Shown one piece after another: positions 9,282 to 20,700 of a DNA stretch of 40,227 nucleotides. The position numbers and the translations under genes were made by a program. The stretch comes from a virus. Lineage: Duplodnaviria; Caudoviricetes. The first letter of the stretch is position 1; every line of letters begins with the position of its first letter. The stretch is from IMG/VR virus record IMGVR_UViG_3300042356_000517, positions 1 to 40,227 of that record; one strand, written 5' to 3'. The notes under the pieces were generated by a model. It did no database searches and had not been told where the DNA came from. It saw only the letters and a list, made by a program, of their open reading frames with translations.

Positions 9282-9500
9282 TTATTGTTCTGCTGTGCTC
9301 ATCAATTCGATGATCTCAGACAGCGTTGAGATGCTCCCGGTGATCTTCATCACTTCATTGGAGTCGGTTGCTTGGCGTAGGTCCATGAAGAATCGTTCGC
9401 GCTCGTCTCTGATAAACTCAAGGATTACCTTGAATTCATCGCGGTCGGAAAGGATCTGGATTGCTTCTGCTACGGTTTGTTTTGGGAATTCAGTCGTCAT
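9282..9500 (-). CDS. Small hypothetical protein (portal-adjacent)
   Basis: 72-aa helical ORF from MTTEFP, in the usual slot between portal and scaffold. Confidence 0.7.
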   Translation of the reverse strand: MTTEFPKQTVAEAIQILSDRDEFKVILEFIRDERERFFMDLRQATDSNEVMKITGSISTLSEIIELMSTAEQ

Positions 9501-9675
9501 TATTTTCTTCGGTTTCGTCATAGCTAAAAAGGTCGATATCATTCTTGATTTCGTGAATGATCATCTCTAACGCACCAATCAAGAAGAAGGCATCCAAGTC
9601 GAATTCATCGACCAGATGGTCAATGCGCTTTCGCACCTCGGCAAGGAATGCCTTTTCCTGAAGTTCTCGGCGCAT
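9490..9675 (-). CDS. Hypothetical protein (61 aa)
   Basis: Fills the gap after the portal gene; plausible composition. Confidence 0.6.
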   Translation of the reverse strand: MRRELQEKAFLAEVRKRIDHLVDEFDLDAFFLIGALEMIIHEIKNDIDLFSYDETEENNDD

Positions 9676-9678
9676 TTT

Positions 9679-11763
9679 TTACTGCTGCATTCCTTGCGTC
9701 TGCATTCCGCCCATTTCGGCAGGTGCCGTTCCGATGCGACCGATCTGCGCGTTCTGCATCTGCTGCATTTGGAACTGGTACTGCTCGGCGTACTTCTGGA
9801 GACGCTGGCCGAATGCCTCATCACTCTGGGCACGCTGGGCAACGTCAGGCTGCTGGACGTATGCTTCAAGCATCTGCATGGCAATCTGGGCACCATTCGG
9901 ACGTGCTGGAACCTCGATTCCTGCGTAGATTTTCGACAGGTCATCGGTCACATCCTTCATCACCTTCTGCTGTGCCTCCTCGGCAGGCTGCAAGACGTAG
10001 TCGGCGAACATCGGGTTGATTGCCTGTGCGGAGAATTCCAAGAGCTTGTCGGTGTCCAGACGACCATTGCGGTCGAATTGCAGCAGGCTGACCATATTCT
10101 TCAACTGGGTCTCGGCCACCTCTGGGTCGCTCGACTGGGTATCAAATGATACCACGATTGAGAAATTGTCGTCGGGCGATCCCTTCTGCATGATCTGGCC
10201 GTTGGGGTTTCCGGTCACTTGGAAGAAGATCTCGTCCGGGCCAAGGCGTTGGTACAGCTTCCACGCCATCGTCAGCACGTCGCGGACGTGGTCGAGGAAC
10301 TTATTGATGAAGAACTGCTGCTTGATCGTTGCGAGCGGATTGTCGAGGTCGAGGCCAACAGCTCGGTCGGCCTGCACCTTCATCGCCATCTCAATCTCCA
10401 TCGACCCAGAATCCAATGGTGGCACCGGACCGAATGCGATCTCACCAAGGCGACGGTATGGAACACGTCGTCCCGGACCCCAGTCGGACGGTGGACGACC
10501 GGCTGGGTGCATGATTGGTGGCAGTGTGGCAAGCGATGCACGGTCGATTCGCGAGTCACGCTCGGTCTTGATCTGCATCTGTGCTCCCCGGAGGATCTCT
10601 GGGAAGCTGTCCACCTCGTACATCCGCTTCTGGTCGTTGCTCAGGCGGGTAACCACGAACGGGTAATCGTCCATGCCGTTGCACAGTTCGTGCTTGGCGT
10701 AGCCTTCAGAGTCCGGGTGGAAGATGGTGCAGTAGATGCCCTCACTGCCGTCCTCTTCGTCGATCAGACGCTGATACGCATAGACGACCATGACAAGTTG
10801 GTTCTCATCGATGATTGGCATGATCGACGACCGCTTCATCTTCTCACCGTCGTAATACATCGAATCGTTGCCGCGAAGCGTGTCGATCGCGTTGTCAACC
10901 CACTCTTCGTCCCAACCTTCGCTGGTGACTTTCTTCTCGAGTTCCTGAGCGGTCAGGAAGCACCGCCAGAAGATCCATGGCGACCGCTGCGGGTCTGAGA
11001 CGTAAGATGGAAAGATAACCTCACCGTCGGGGGCACAGGCGTAGGCGACCGGGCAATCGACAGACTGCCGCGGCGCTGGGATTTGTGTCTCGCCCTTGGT
11101 ACGAAGCTCTTTGATGCACTTCTTGGCACGCTTATCGGAGAGCTTTGGGAACGCCTGTTGGAGGATCGTCATCACGACCTCGTCGTTGGTCTCGTCGAGA
11201 ATCACTTCGATCAGGTCTGGCGACTGCTGTGCAATCTCGTCCAGAGTCATCGGCTGCAAGTAAGTGCGCGATTCGCGCTTCCATCCAACGTATGTGACCA
11301 TCAGTCCCTTCTCAAGCAGGTAGTTCGCACCCTGCTCCATCTGGTTTTTGAAGTCTGGAATGTACGACGACTTCATCCATTTCAAGAATGACGAAACGAC
11401 CCCGGCGCGTGACATCGATGCCATCGACGTTGGGAATGCCTTGATGTGCGACCGTTGCAGTGCTTGGTCGAAGATCGAGATGTAGGTATTGATGCGCTCG
11501 CCGATAACGTTGACCTCTTGATCGGATGCACCTTGCCACGGGAATGCCGTGGACCCTGATTTGCGAAGGTCTTGAGTTTTGCCGTCCCAGATATTGCGAC
11601 GATCGTTGTAGCTTCTCAGACAGGTGTCGAAGTAGGTGTCGAGATCTGCCAGCGTCGATTGATAGGCGTATGTGAGTGAGTTGATATCAGGCACTTCTGA
11701 TGCGTAGATCAGTTCTTCACCCTCGAGTGATTCGTTGGACATGTCGTCGTTTTCTTTTTTCAT
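9679..11763 (-). CDS. Portal protein
   Basis: 694 aa downstream of TerL; PWQGASD motif, YPFV, Q-rich C-terminal barrel. Confidence 0.9.
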   Translation of the reverse strand: MKKENDDMSNESLEGEELIYASEVPDINSLTYAYQSTLADLDTYFDTCLRSYNDRRNIWDGKTQDLRKSGSTAFPWQGASDQEVNVIGERINTYISIFDQALQRSHIKAFPTSMASMSRAGVVSSFLKWMKSSYIPDFKNQMEQGANYLLEKGLMVTYVGWKRESRTYLQPMTLDEIAQQSPDLIEVILDETNDEVVMTILQQAFPKLSDKRAKKCIKELRTKGETQIPAPRQSVDCPVAYACAPDGEVIFPSYVSDPQRSPWIFWRCFLTAQELEKKVTSEGWDEEWVDNAIDTLRGNDSMYYDGEKMKRSSIMPIIDENQLVMVVYAYQRLIDEEDGSEGIYCTIFHPDSEGYAKHELCNGMDDYPFVVTRLSNDQKRMYEVDSFPEILRGAQMQIKTERDSRIDRASLATLPPIMHPAGRPPSDWGPGRRVPYRRLGEIAFGPVPPLDSGSMEIEMAMKVQADRAVGLDLDNPLATIKQQFFINKFLDHVRDVLTMAWKLYQRLGPDEIFFQVTGNPNGQIMQKGSPDDNFSIVVSFDTQSSDPEVAETQLKNMVSLLQFDRNGRLDTDKLLEFSAQAINPMFADYVLQPAEEAQQKVMKDVTDDLSKIYAGIEVPARPNGAQIAMQMLEAYVQQPDVAQRAQSDEAFGQRLQKYAEQYQFQMQQMQNAQIGRIGTAPAEMGGMQTQGMQQ

Positions 11764-12029
11764 TGTGCCACCTTAAATTTGTTTTCTCCGATCTCTTCTG
11801 CTCGCACTACAGTGATCTTGCGACCAACTGAATTTTCACGATAACGAGGCATGAAGATCTCAATTTGAATTCCTTCAAGCGATCCGTACACAAATCTGGG
11901 ATTTGGTGCAAGTCGCGTCACTCGCGCCTCAAACTTTTCTGGCTCAACAACAATAGGTTTGCTGTCATCGTCGTTATTGATGACGCTATTGATGATATCC
12001 TCTGCTTGCTTTTTAGTTTTAATAGCCAC
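11760..12029 (-). CDS. Hypothetical protein (small beta-barrel-like)
   Basis: ORF between TerL and portal; GTG start at 12029 is inferred. Confidence 0.6.
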   Translation of the reverse strand: MAIKTKKQAEDIINSVINNDDDSKPIVVEPEKFEARVTRLAPNPRFVYGSLEGIQIEIFMPRYRENSVGRKITVVRAEEIGENKFKVAQ

Positions 12030-13617
12030 CTGTTCCGTATGTTGTAACTTTAATCTCCGAACCGTCAACGTGATCGATGCCAGCAATAGCAGCATATCTT
12101 AGCACGTCAATAGGATCCTTCCATGCCTCTTTGAGACCTTGTTCACCTGTGTATTCGCTCAGTGCGTGAATGATGTTCTCGCACTCGCTCGAAATGTAGA
12201 ACCGAGGACGATTCACACCATCAATCGGCTTGCTGGTGTCCCATGACATTTTTGAGATCAATGCCTGTAGACCGTCGTCGATCTCAAGGCCGGGTGCTGG
12301 AATAAAGATCATCTCCTGCTCGGCTAGGTCTTCGATGATCGAGGACGCTCCGTCGGCGGCTTGATACTTGGCTGCACCGAGACGGGGATCGATCAGCCGC
12401 TCAAAGATCTCTTCATCGCCCTCAAGGTCTTTAATCAGGTCAACGTAGTCGCGGATGCCGTAGCCTTGTCCCTTGGCACCATCACCCGGCATCCACTTGC
12501 CGCTCTTCCATTCTGCCCAGTCTCCCACGTCAACCCCGGGGTACTCACGGTAGACCCAGAAGGTGCCGCTGGCATCGACTGCAATCCAGCACATGAACCA
12601 CGACTTGCTCCCTGCCGGGTCGAGGATCATGTAGCGCGTCACGTTGTTGTTTGGAATCTTCTCGGGATCCACCACGTTGACCTCTTTGTTGAATCGCGGG
12701 AACTTGGTCGCGTGCGATTTGACCGGCACACCGTAGGCGCGGATCAAGATCTCTTCCCGGCCACGTCCCATCAGAGTCTCCTTGATCCGGTGATACCCAC
12801 CGAACGGGTTGTCCTGCGAGTGGAAGTAGTGGACTGAGGCGTTGCGCTTCTTGCTGCGCTGAACGTATGGCACAAGCTCGCCGTTGAGCAACTCGGCCTC
12901 GCGGCTCTCGATCGTCGTGGCACCGTCGAGATACTCCTTAATGACCTCGGTGTAACCGTCGATCGGCGTGAACGTCAGCAGTAGTTTGGCATCCCGGGTA
13001 GCGATACGGAACCGCAGCGTGTTGATCATCTCCGGGCCAAGCAGGTATTCGTCCAGCCACACCCCGACGTTATGCCATTTCGGATTCCTAGAACCAAGCT
13101 CGGCACCTTCCAAGATCGTCGGGTTGTTCTGGTACTGCGAGTAGGTCTTGAAAATGATCTGCGACCCGTTGGGGAGGATCAACGACTGGTCGGTGAATCC
13201 ATTTTTGCGGGTAAAGCTGATGTAAGTGCCGCTGGTCGTCTGCTTTGTTCGCATCTCAGCAGGTAACCAGTCCCAGACGGCACTCTGCTGTTGTCGGATC
13301 GATACCTCGGCAGTCTGCGAAAAACAGAAGATTTCCGACCCGGGGTTCTCGAGTGCAGCGCGCACCACGGTGAATGCACCCCACTGGGTCTTGCCTGACC
13401 GGTTACCGCCGAGCGCGACGATCTCGGTGACCTCGGCCAATTGCTCTTCGGCCTTGTCCCAGTGCGGAAGGCGAAAGCCAAACCTGTACGGATCACGCTC
13501 GGCGTTGTCAATTGCTTCGTGGTAAATCGAATGAATCTCGATCAACGTTTCCTCGTCGAGCAGCACGATCTCCTCGTCGGTCGGAGGAGTCAGAATGGAG
13601 TGCTTTTTCCAGATCAT
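12019..13617 (-). CDS. terL: Terminase large subunit
   Basis: Walker A LGGNRSGKT, Walker B VWLDE, coupling motif LTFTP, nuclease motifs ILDPAG and KDPIDVLRY. Confidence 0.95.
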   Translation of the reverse strand: MIWKKHSILTPPTDEEIVLLDEETLIEIHSIYHEAIDNAERDPYRFGFRLPHWDKAEEQLAEVTEIVALGGNRSGKTQWGAFTVVRAALENPGSEIFCFSQTAEVSIRQQQSAVWDWLPAEMRTKQTTSGTYISFTRKNGFTDQSLILPNGSQIIFKTYSQYQNNPTILEGAELGSRNPKWHNVGVWLDEYLLGPEMINTLRFRIATRDAKLLLTFTPIDGYTEVIKEYLDGATTIESREAELLNGELVPYVQRSKKRNASVHYFHSQDNPFGGYHRIKETLMGRGREEILIRAYGVPVKSHATKFPRFNKEVNVVDPEKIPNNNVTRYMILDPAGSKSWFMCWIAVDASGTFWVYREYPGVDVGDWAEWKSGKWMPGDGAKGQGYGIRDYVDLIKDLEGDEEIFERLIDPRLGAAKYQAADGASSIIEDLAEQEMIFIPAPGLEIDDGLQALISKMSWDTSKPIDGVNRPRFYISSECENIIHALSEYTGEQGLKEAWKDPIDVLRYAAIAGIDHVDGSEIKVTTYGTGGY

Positions 13618-13946
13618 TGCTTGTAAGCGTCAGTTTCCATCAGAACGTCGATGACCCTGTAAACACTGCCACATTTGCCACATCCAAGCTCATCGTCCTT
13701 CGCTGGAAATGATCCACGGTTGCCATCTGCAAAGTGAAGTTTGCTGTATGTCTCGCAATACCCGCACTTCCCAATAAATGGGGTGACAAATTTTTCAAGC
13801 ACTACGTTCCACACTTTGGAATCGAACTTCTCAGATAGATACGAGGCGTAAGCGAGAGTGTTGCACCTGTATTCCTTGCCGTCATGCTCAACCACATAAT
13901 GGCAGAATATGGGTCCATCAAATCTTGATTCTGGTTCCTTGATCAT
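13614..13946 (-). CDS. Hypothetical Zn-ribbon protein
   Basis: CGYC...CGKC pairs; ATGA-coupled on both sides. Confidence 0.65.
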   Translation of the reverse strand: MIKEPESRFDGPIFCHYVVEHDGKEYRCNTLAYASYLSEKFDSKVWNVVLEKFVTPFIGKCGYCETYSKLHFADGNRGSFPAKDDELGCGKCGSVYRVIDVLMETDAYKQ

Positions 13947-14500
13947 GCGGAGATGATTTCGGCATCGATGGCACCGTCGCGTAGCTTAGCGGCGATGCGT
14001 GCCTTTGCCTCAGAGATGACCTTGGCGGCATCAGAGATCGACGCTCCCTTGCGGTGCTCAATGACGACCCCGGCCATGCCTGAGAGCTGTGCAGCCTTGT
14101 CTGTCATAATCCCGACCGTCAGCGCGAGCTTGTCTGGAGAGATGTTGACCAACTGCTCCGGGTTGTCGGCCAATTGCTCGGCCTTGTCGAACAGCAGGTC
14201 GGTGAACGTCTGGGCGGCAATGGCGTACTTCTGGCTGAATTCCTTCCGCTTCGTCTCGAGCGTGTCAACGTGCCTCCATGCGAGGCCGTTGATGGCACCG
14301 TAGCTGAGCCCGGTACGTTTGGAGATCTGCTTGTTTGAGACGCCCTGTGCCATCATCCAGAGCGCGGTGGCGGCAGTCCGAGGAGCGCAGGCTTCAATGC
14401 ATAGCTTCGATACCCCGATCTCCTCAGACCGCTTGCGTACCTCGTCAAACCACTCGTTTGGTGGGTCAACGTCAGGTTCTTTTTCGAGTTTTCGTGGCAT
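13943..14500 (-). CDS. Putative terminase small subunit (HTH)
   Basis: GVSNKQISKRTGLSYGAI HTH plus helical oligomerisation region; upstream of TerL. Confidence 0.65.
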   Translation of the reverse strand: MPRKLEKEPDVDPPNEWFDEVRKRSEEIGVSKLCIEACAPRTAATALWMMAQGVSNKQISKRTGLSYGAINGLAWRHVDTLETKRKEFSQKYAIAAQTFTDLLFDKAEQLADNPEQLVNISPDKLALTVGIMTDKAAQLSGMAGVVIEHRKGASISDAAKVISEAKARIAAKLRDGAIDAEIISA

Positions 14501-14503
14501 CGC

Positions 14504-14740
14504 TTAATTCATCATTGATGCTTTTTCAATCGACGAAGAACTAGACGAAACATTCGATTTCGATCGTTTGGTCCGATTGATTCGCTCTCCGATGATATCG
14601 TGCAAGCGTCCCAGCTGATCCAGCGCGTCGTCAATTTCTGCGTCAAATGGATCCTGTTTGTCGGCGGTCGCTAGCCCACGCATCGTTTCTGCATACGCGG
14701 CTATATCGTCTTTTTCGATTTGTTGGGTTCCAATTTTCAT
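14504..14740 (-). CDS. Hypothetical acidic helical protein
   Basis: 78 aa, ATGA-coupled to the giant protein gene. Confidence 0.6.
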   Translation of the reverse strand: MKIGTQQIEKDDIAAYAETMRGLATADKQDPFDAEIDDALDQLGRLHDIIGERINRTKRSKSNVSSSSSSIEKASMMN

Positions 14741-17700
14741 TTTTCAGCTTTCTTTATTCGGTTCAAGGCCGCAACAGATATTCCTAATGCTGCTGCTTCT
14801 GCCTTAATTATCGCCTTTTTCTCTGCGGCTGCAACTGCTTTTTCTTGATCTTTCTTTGCTCTGATTATTGCGGAACCTTCAGCGAATGTAAGAGGCTTCT
14901 TACCTTCTGGAAAGAAGATGTCAAAGATATCATCAAAGCTTGATTTTTTGGCACCTTCGTTTTTCGTCCATCCCTTTTTATCCCAAACGTCCTTCTCTGC
15001 AAACCAGAGGATCGCTTGGAGATCGTCAGGATTCATTCCGAGCTTTTTGGCTGCGCGTTGCATGACCACTTGGGAGAATGCAAAATCCTCCTTGGATACG
15101 CCGACTTCTGACTTTGGTTGAATTCTCCACGGCACTCCTTCGCCGCCGTAAATTTGACGACGCAGGAAGCGTGCGGCCCAAATGTCGATCGTTGCTTGGA
15201 CCGTTCTGCCTGACAGGTTTCCAGCGAAGTTTGGAGTCTTTGGAGATTCACGGTTGTCCAACCAAACCCCGGCGATGACCTTAAGGACCGCCCCAGAGTT
15301 TGCATTGAATTTTGCACCATTGGACCGGCGTGGCAAAAGGTCGTTTCCGACAACGTAGATTTTGATCCGTTGGGCACCAGTTCTTTCGTCAACAGGCGTT
15401 TCGATTAGCTCAGTAAGGCTTTTGATTTCTGCATAGATCGCTATCCTGTCTGCCTTTACTGTGGCACTTGGAAGTGCTGCATTCAAGTCATCCAAGATCC
15501 CCTGAATGTTCTTGATCGACCGAGTCTTGGTAATCTCAGCATCAAGAGTCCCCTTGTTTTCAGCACTGATTGCTTTCAGATACCCTTTCCGATGCCTGTT
15601 GTATCTGCCGGTCTTGATTCCTTCATACGCATCGACTGATTGCTGGAAGTTTTCGTCAACAGGTGTCTGGGCACTGGTGGCACCAAGCAACTGAGAGAAT
15701 AATTCTCGACCATCTTCTTTCAGCGCATTCAGAAGTTTCCCCCGCATGCGGCTGTACCATCCCTTGCCTGCTGCGATTGCTGGATCTTTGAGGACAATCC
15801 TTGTCTTTTCCACCATGTCATTGGCGAAATGGTCAACCACGCCGTTCTTGATCAGATCTTCGACTCGTTTACGTTCCGCATTATTTAGGTCATATGGGAT
15901 GGTGTCGAGGAAGTCGGTTGATGCATCCTCGACCTTGCCTGCAAACTTGTTGATGTGAGGTGCTTTGGCTAGGTCATACCCGTAAGACACCGGAACAGGC
16001 TTGTCATCCTTCCAAGAAGGTTGATTGGTCTTCGCCCCGACTGCTTGGATCACGTCCAGAGTGTCTGCGTCACCTTTGTCGATCACGCGATCTGGCCCAA
16101 TCACTTGGCGTTCTTTTTCCTTTTTGGCTTTTTTGACTGGCTCAGGAAGGCGGTTGATATTTTCAGATTTCAAATCAAACCGATTGCTAATTGGGATAAC
16201 ATTTCCAGAGCTGTCGCGGGTAATTGGATTGGCGGATTTTATCTGGGAAGGATCAAATACAATGATTGCCTCATCTCCTTCTTTTCCTTCAAAACGGTTT
16301 TCGTAAATAACTGAATCATATCCATTTTTTCGAAGAAACGATACGATCTCTGATCTACTTGAGGTGACTGGTAAAGAAGATTTAAGCTGATCGTTAATCT
16401 GTGGAACTACTCGATCACTTGACCAAGTGCCTCTATCTTCAAGGCGGATTGGTTTTTTTGCATTCAGATACACCTCATACAATGAAACTCCGTTTCCAAC
16501 TTTACGATTTCGCCCCATTGGGCCAATTGCTTGCCTCCGCGTAAGCCCGAAATGCGCTCCTAGTGAATCTCTTGCTGTGGTTACAAATTGTGTTATTTGG
16601 CGCGGATTTTTTGTCGAATGAAATGCTTTACCTGTTACATACCCAGCAGCATTTGCCGCCTCGTCTACCAATTTTTGCTGTGTCTTCACATCTCCATCTT
16701 TCACTGCCTTCATGTAGTCAGCGTCGATTTTCTCAGGAAGACGGTTTACATCAGATGCACCTTCGCGCATGACCCAATCTGGAAGCAATCCAGTCTTTTG
16801 TGGAGCATACTGGGTTTCTGCGCCACCTGCCGTCTGATTGAATTCTCCGAATGGTCCGAAATTCACCCATGAGTTTTGCCCACGGGTTTCTGCTGTCATC
16901 GCCGGGCGTGCCAGATCGGAATACATTGCCGAATGAGATCTCCATGCATTTTCCTCACCGTCAGCCCGGAATCCAAGACCTTCTTTGATGTGGCCAAAGT
17001 AATCGTGGACAATTCGGAACACATCATTGGCGAGCATCTTGTGCCCATTCAGTGTTTCTCCTGTGGGTGCCATCAATGGATTCCCACTGATGTCGATCTC
17101 TGCGGATTCAGATCCACCAAATCCATTTTCTGTTGGGAAGAACCACAAGTGATTGTTGTCCTTCACGTCAAGAAGTGCCAACCGTGGGCTTGCCGCGTAT
17201 GGATCAGGAGTTCCCGCAGGAATTGCCTCAACCTTGAGACCAGTTTTCTTGATCGCTTCCCACTGCGCCAATGTCTCCTTGATCATGGCATCGTAAGATG
17301 CTTTCACCTTTGGATCATTAGGAGCATGAGCCATTTTCTCATACTCGTCAGCGATTCGTTTTGCTCGCTCCTTATCAACCTTGGCGTATTGCCTTGGTGG
17401 ATTGTAATCAATTCCAACAGATTTCGCGTAATCTGCTGCGACTTGTCTCGATGTTTCGCTTGGGCCAAAAGTGACCTTGCCGAGACCTTTGATGGTTACG
17501 GTTGCTGGGAGTCCCTCGAGAGGGATGCCCGTATCGCCGGGACGATCCGATGATTGAAACTGCTCAGGGCTTCTAGGAAGTCCTCCTTGTTCTCGAAGTC
17601 CTGCTCCTTCGGGCGTTGGTCCGCCAGTGCTTGTGCTGCCGGGTTGAGTTTGTAAGTTTGCTTGTTCAGTTCCATTGGTTGCTTGTCCTTCTCTACCTTG

Positions 17701-20700
17701 ATTCTCTGGAGATGCAACTTCTTTTTCTGCGGTTGGTTCTGGCAGGAGATTCTGTGCGACAGGGCGACCTTGCTCGTCGAGCGTCGGCATACCGTTTGGC
17801 ATCATGTTCTGCACCACGAAGTCGTACTGGAACGGATACTTGTCGCCGGTCAATTTGGTCGCCTGACTGATACGGTCGGCACGGTAGGTCTTGTAGACAC
17901 CGTTGCCGCGAAGGTTTTCCTCAGAGAAGATTGGGTTGGCCTCGCCCTGTTTCTTGCTCATCAAGCCGAATACCGAGTTGACGAAGTTTTTGTATTGCTG
18001 GCTCTTGGCGGCACCGTACTCGGTGTCAAAATACGCATCGGTACGTTGACCCTTGTTGTGAAGTTCCATCACGCGGCCAACATCGATCATCAGCTTCGCA
18101 CGGTTGCCTTGGTACAGCTTCTGACCCATTTTGCTGGCAATCCGAGAATCGACGTTTGACTTGAGCTGCGTCACAGACATCAGGCCGAGGGTCAAGTTTC
18201 CGTCTTTGGTGATGTTCCAAGAGATTGGCACTACCTGTCTGAGCGTTGCTTTTAACGTCTTGTAGTTGAGCTTGCCCTTCTTGTTTCGAGAGGTTGCCGG
18301 GTGATTGATCACCATCGCAGCATCGCCCTTGAAGTTTTTGATCATCTTATTGACGTTATCAATGATTCGGATTTGCTCCTGATTGAGCGATCCTTTCCTT
18401 TTGATAAATTCAAAAAGGTCTGGTGGGAGGTATCCTTCCCAGATACCTTCGTCGTTCAAATGCATCTCGCCTGGTTCCGCTTGGTAGGTGGAAGGACGAT
18501 TGCCAATGGCTTCTTGAATCAGACTGCCGGTGCGGGACCGCATCAACTGCGTGTTGAAGTCAACTGGGATTGGATTGCCTGCGCTGTCACGGGCGACTTG
18601 GCGAACGCCATTGACTGTCTCCATCTCAAACTCGACTGGGCCGATCTTCTCGATCATTGCCTTGTCATCTGGATTGATTGGGAGGTTGATTCCCGGGCCT
18701 TCGTTCTTGTTTCCTACATTGGCGACACCGAGCGGCTCGAACTGCCCCACAGACCGTCCTGCGGCGCGACTGAGCATGTTCTTGGTCAAGTTTCGCATCT
18801 CTCGCGTCTGGGTGATACCCGGGTCGAGCAGTCCGTTGCCTTGGACAAGTTTTCCTCCTTGATCCATCAGGCCGCCGATCTTGAGGTGGAAGTCTTTCAG
18901 CACCGTGCTCTTGTCCAGAGCAGCATTGAAGAGGTTGCCGATCATGCGGCGTGCCTCAGTGCGGCTTGCCATTGCACCCAGTGCTCCCGATTCTGCCATC
19001 CCGGCCATGTCCTCGACACCTGCCTCAACGAAGAATTCCTCGGCGATTTTCCCGAGCGACACAGGCTGACGACCGGCAGAGATCTGGCGGCTGTTGTATT
19101 CCTTGGCAAACGCCTCAAACTCTGGGTTCAAGGTGCCGTCCGGGGCACGCATCAGGCCGCCTGTCTCGCCGTCACCCAGCATCATTGCCACGATGCCGTT
19201 GTGCATCTGATTCCGGTGGACAAGAAGGTGCTTTACTTCGTGTGCCAGAAGGTACTTGAGTGGGTTCGACGAATTGACATCGATCCCGATCGTGTTGTCA
19301 TCGTGGAAACCACCACCGCTTTCGGTGAGCTGGACGTTCATCGACGGGAATACCGCCGAAAATGTTCCGATGGCACGACGGAGAGGAGAGGGTGCCTGCG
19401 AGAAAATGCGCTTTTGATCTGGTGAGGTGATTTCGTTTCTGAAGTTGATCTCGTCGCCTACTGATAAATCACGGTGCCGCTTCTTTGTTCCGGCGAAGAT
19501 GCCACCGAGTGCTGCTGAGCTACCACCAAGCAGCAACGATTCTGCGAACGCCTGTTTGAATGTGTTCTCGTTGACCTGTCCACCGTCAGACATATACTGA
19601 CCAACGAAATCAGCCGGGAATGACAGTGCTGTTCCACGCACCGCACGGCGTGCGATGTCGGGTAAAAATCCACCCATTGTTGCGGTGTCGGCCAGAGTGG
19701 CAAGAGCACGGTGTGCCGGTGACAAGTTTGAGTAGTTTGCGACGCGCTGGAAGAATGGAATCTGGCTTTGTGATTTCGCCATCTCTGTGCCGAGGATCCG
19801 AGATGTGTCGGCCAGGCGTTGCAGGAATGGTCCAGAATTTAAGATGGTACCTGCGGCACCAATCACGGCTGGAACTGGTCCGAGGCCAGCGGCGGCACCG
19901 TAGCCTATGGTCTGACCGACTTTCGATGTCAGGAGATTGTAGGCTCCCTCAATTCCAAATTTCTTTGATGCGGCATTCAACCCGTCATCGAGATTGATAA
20001 GACCGCGTCCGACTGGCTCGACTATTGCCGCGAAGGTTTTGAATGGGACAGCCTTGAGTTCTCGACCGGCCTTTGCTGCTGCTTCAAACGTCTGGGCGGC
20101 AGCAAGAGGAATCTTGGTCGATAGCTTCTCAGACTCTGCTGCCAGATTGGCGATATTGTCGGTAATCCGCACACCGTCGCCGGTGAATTGCTGGATCTTG
20201 GCTGTGCCACGGTTGAAGATTTCGTCAGCCACAGTTGCCCGGCGAAGCAGTGACTGGTCTCCTGTCACGTCGTACCGTGCGCGAAGGTCGTCGGCCAATT
20301 TCTTGGACAAGTCAGTCGTGTTCTGGACGATTCCCAAAGCATTGTCGATGTCAGCTTTCTCGGCGGCGAGACCGGCAATGTCGGCACCGCGCTGCATGCT
20401 TTGTGCAATGATCCTGTCGGCATTCAGAATTGCTCTGGATGTCACTGGTCGAAACGCTAATTTAGCGACGGTGCCGAGCTGCATCATTTCAGCCGGGTCT
20501 TGGAAAACCTCACCTGCCGCTGTCGTCTGTTTGACAAGTTTGTCGAACTCGGCTTTTGGCATTTCAGCTTTCGCCCGGGCCATTTCATCAGCGTACAGTT
20601 TGACGGGCGTTTGCTGCCCTTCAAACGTGCCGATCGGCATGGTGGATGGTTTTTGAGCTAAATTGGCAAGGTAGTCGGCCGACTGGACGACCGCATCGAG

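Noticed and set aside
7180-19425. Long plus-strand ORFs (7180-7938, 10219-10998, 16876-17553, 18301-19425)
   Set aside because: Antisense shadows of well-supported capsid, portal and giant-protein genes, with no recognisable motifs.
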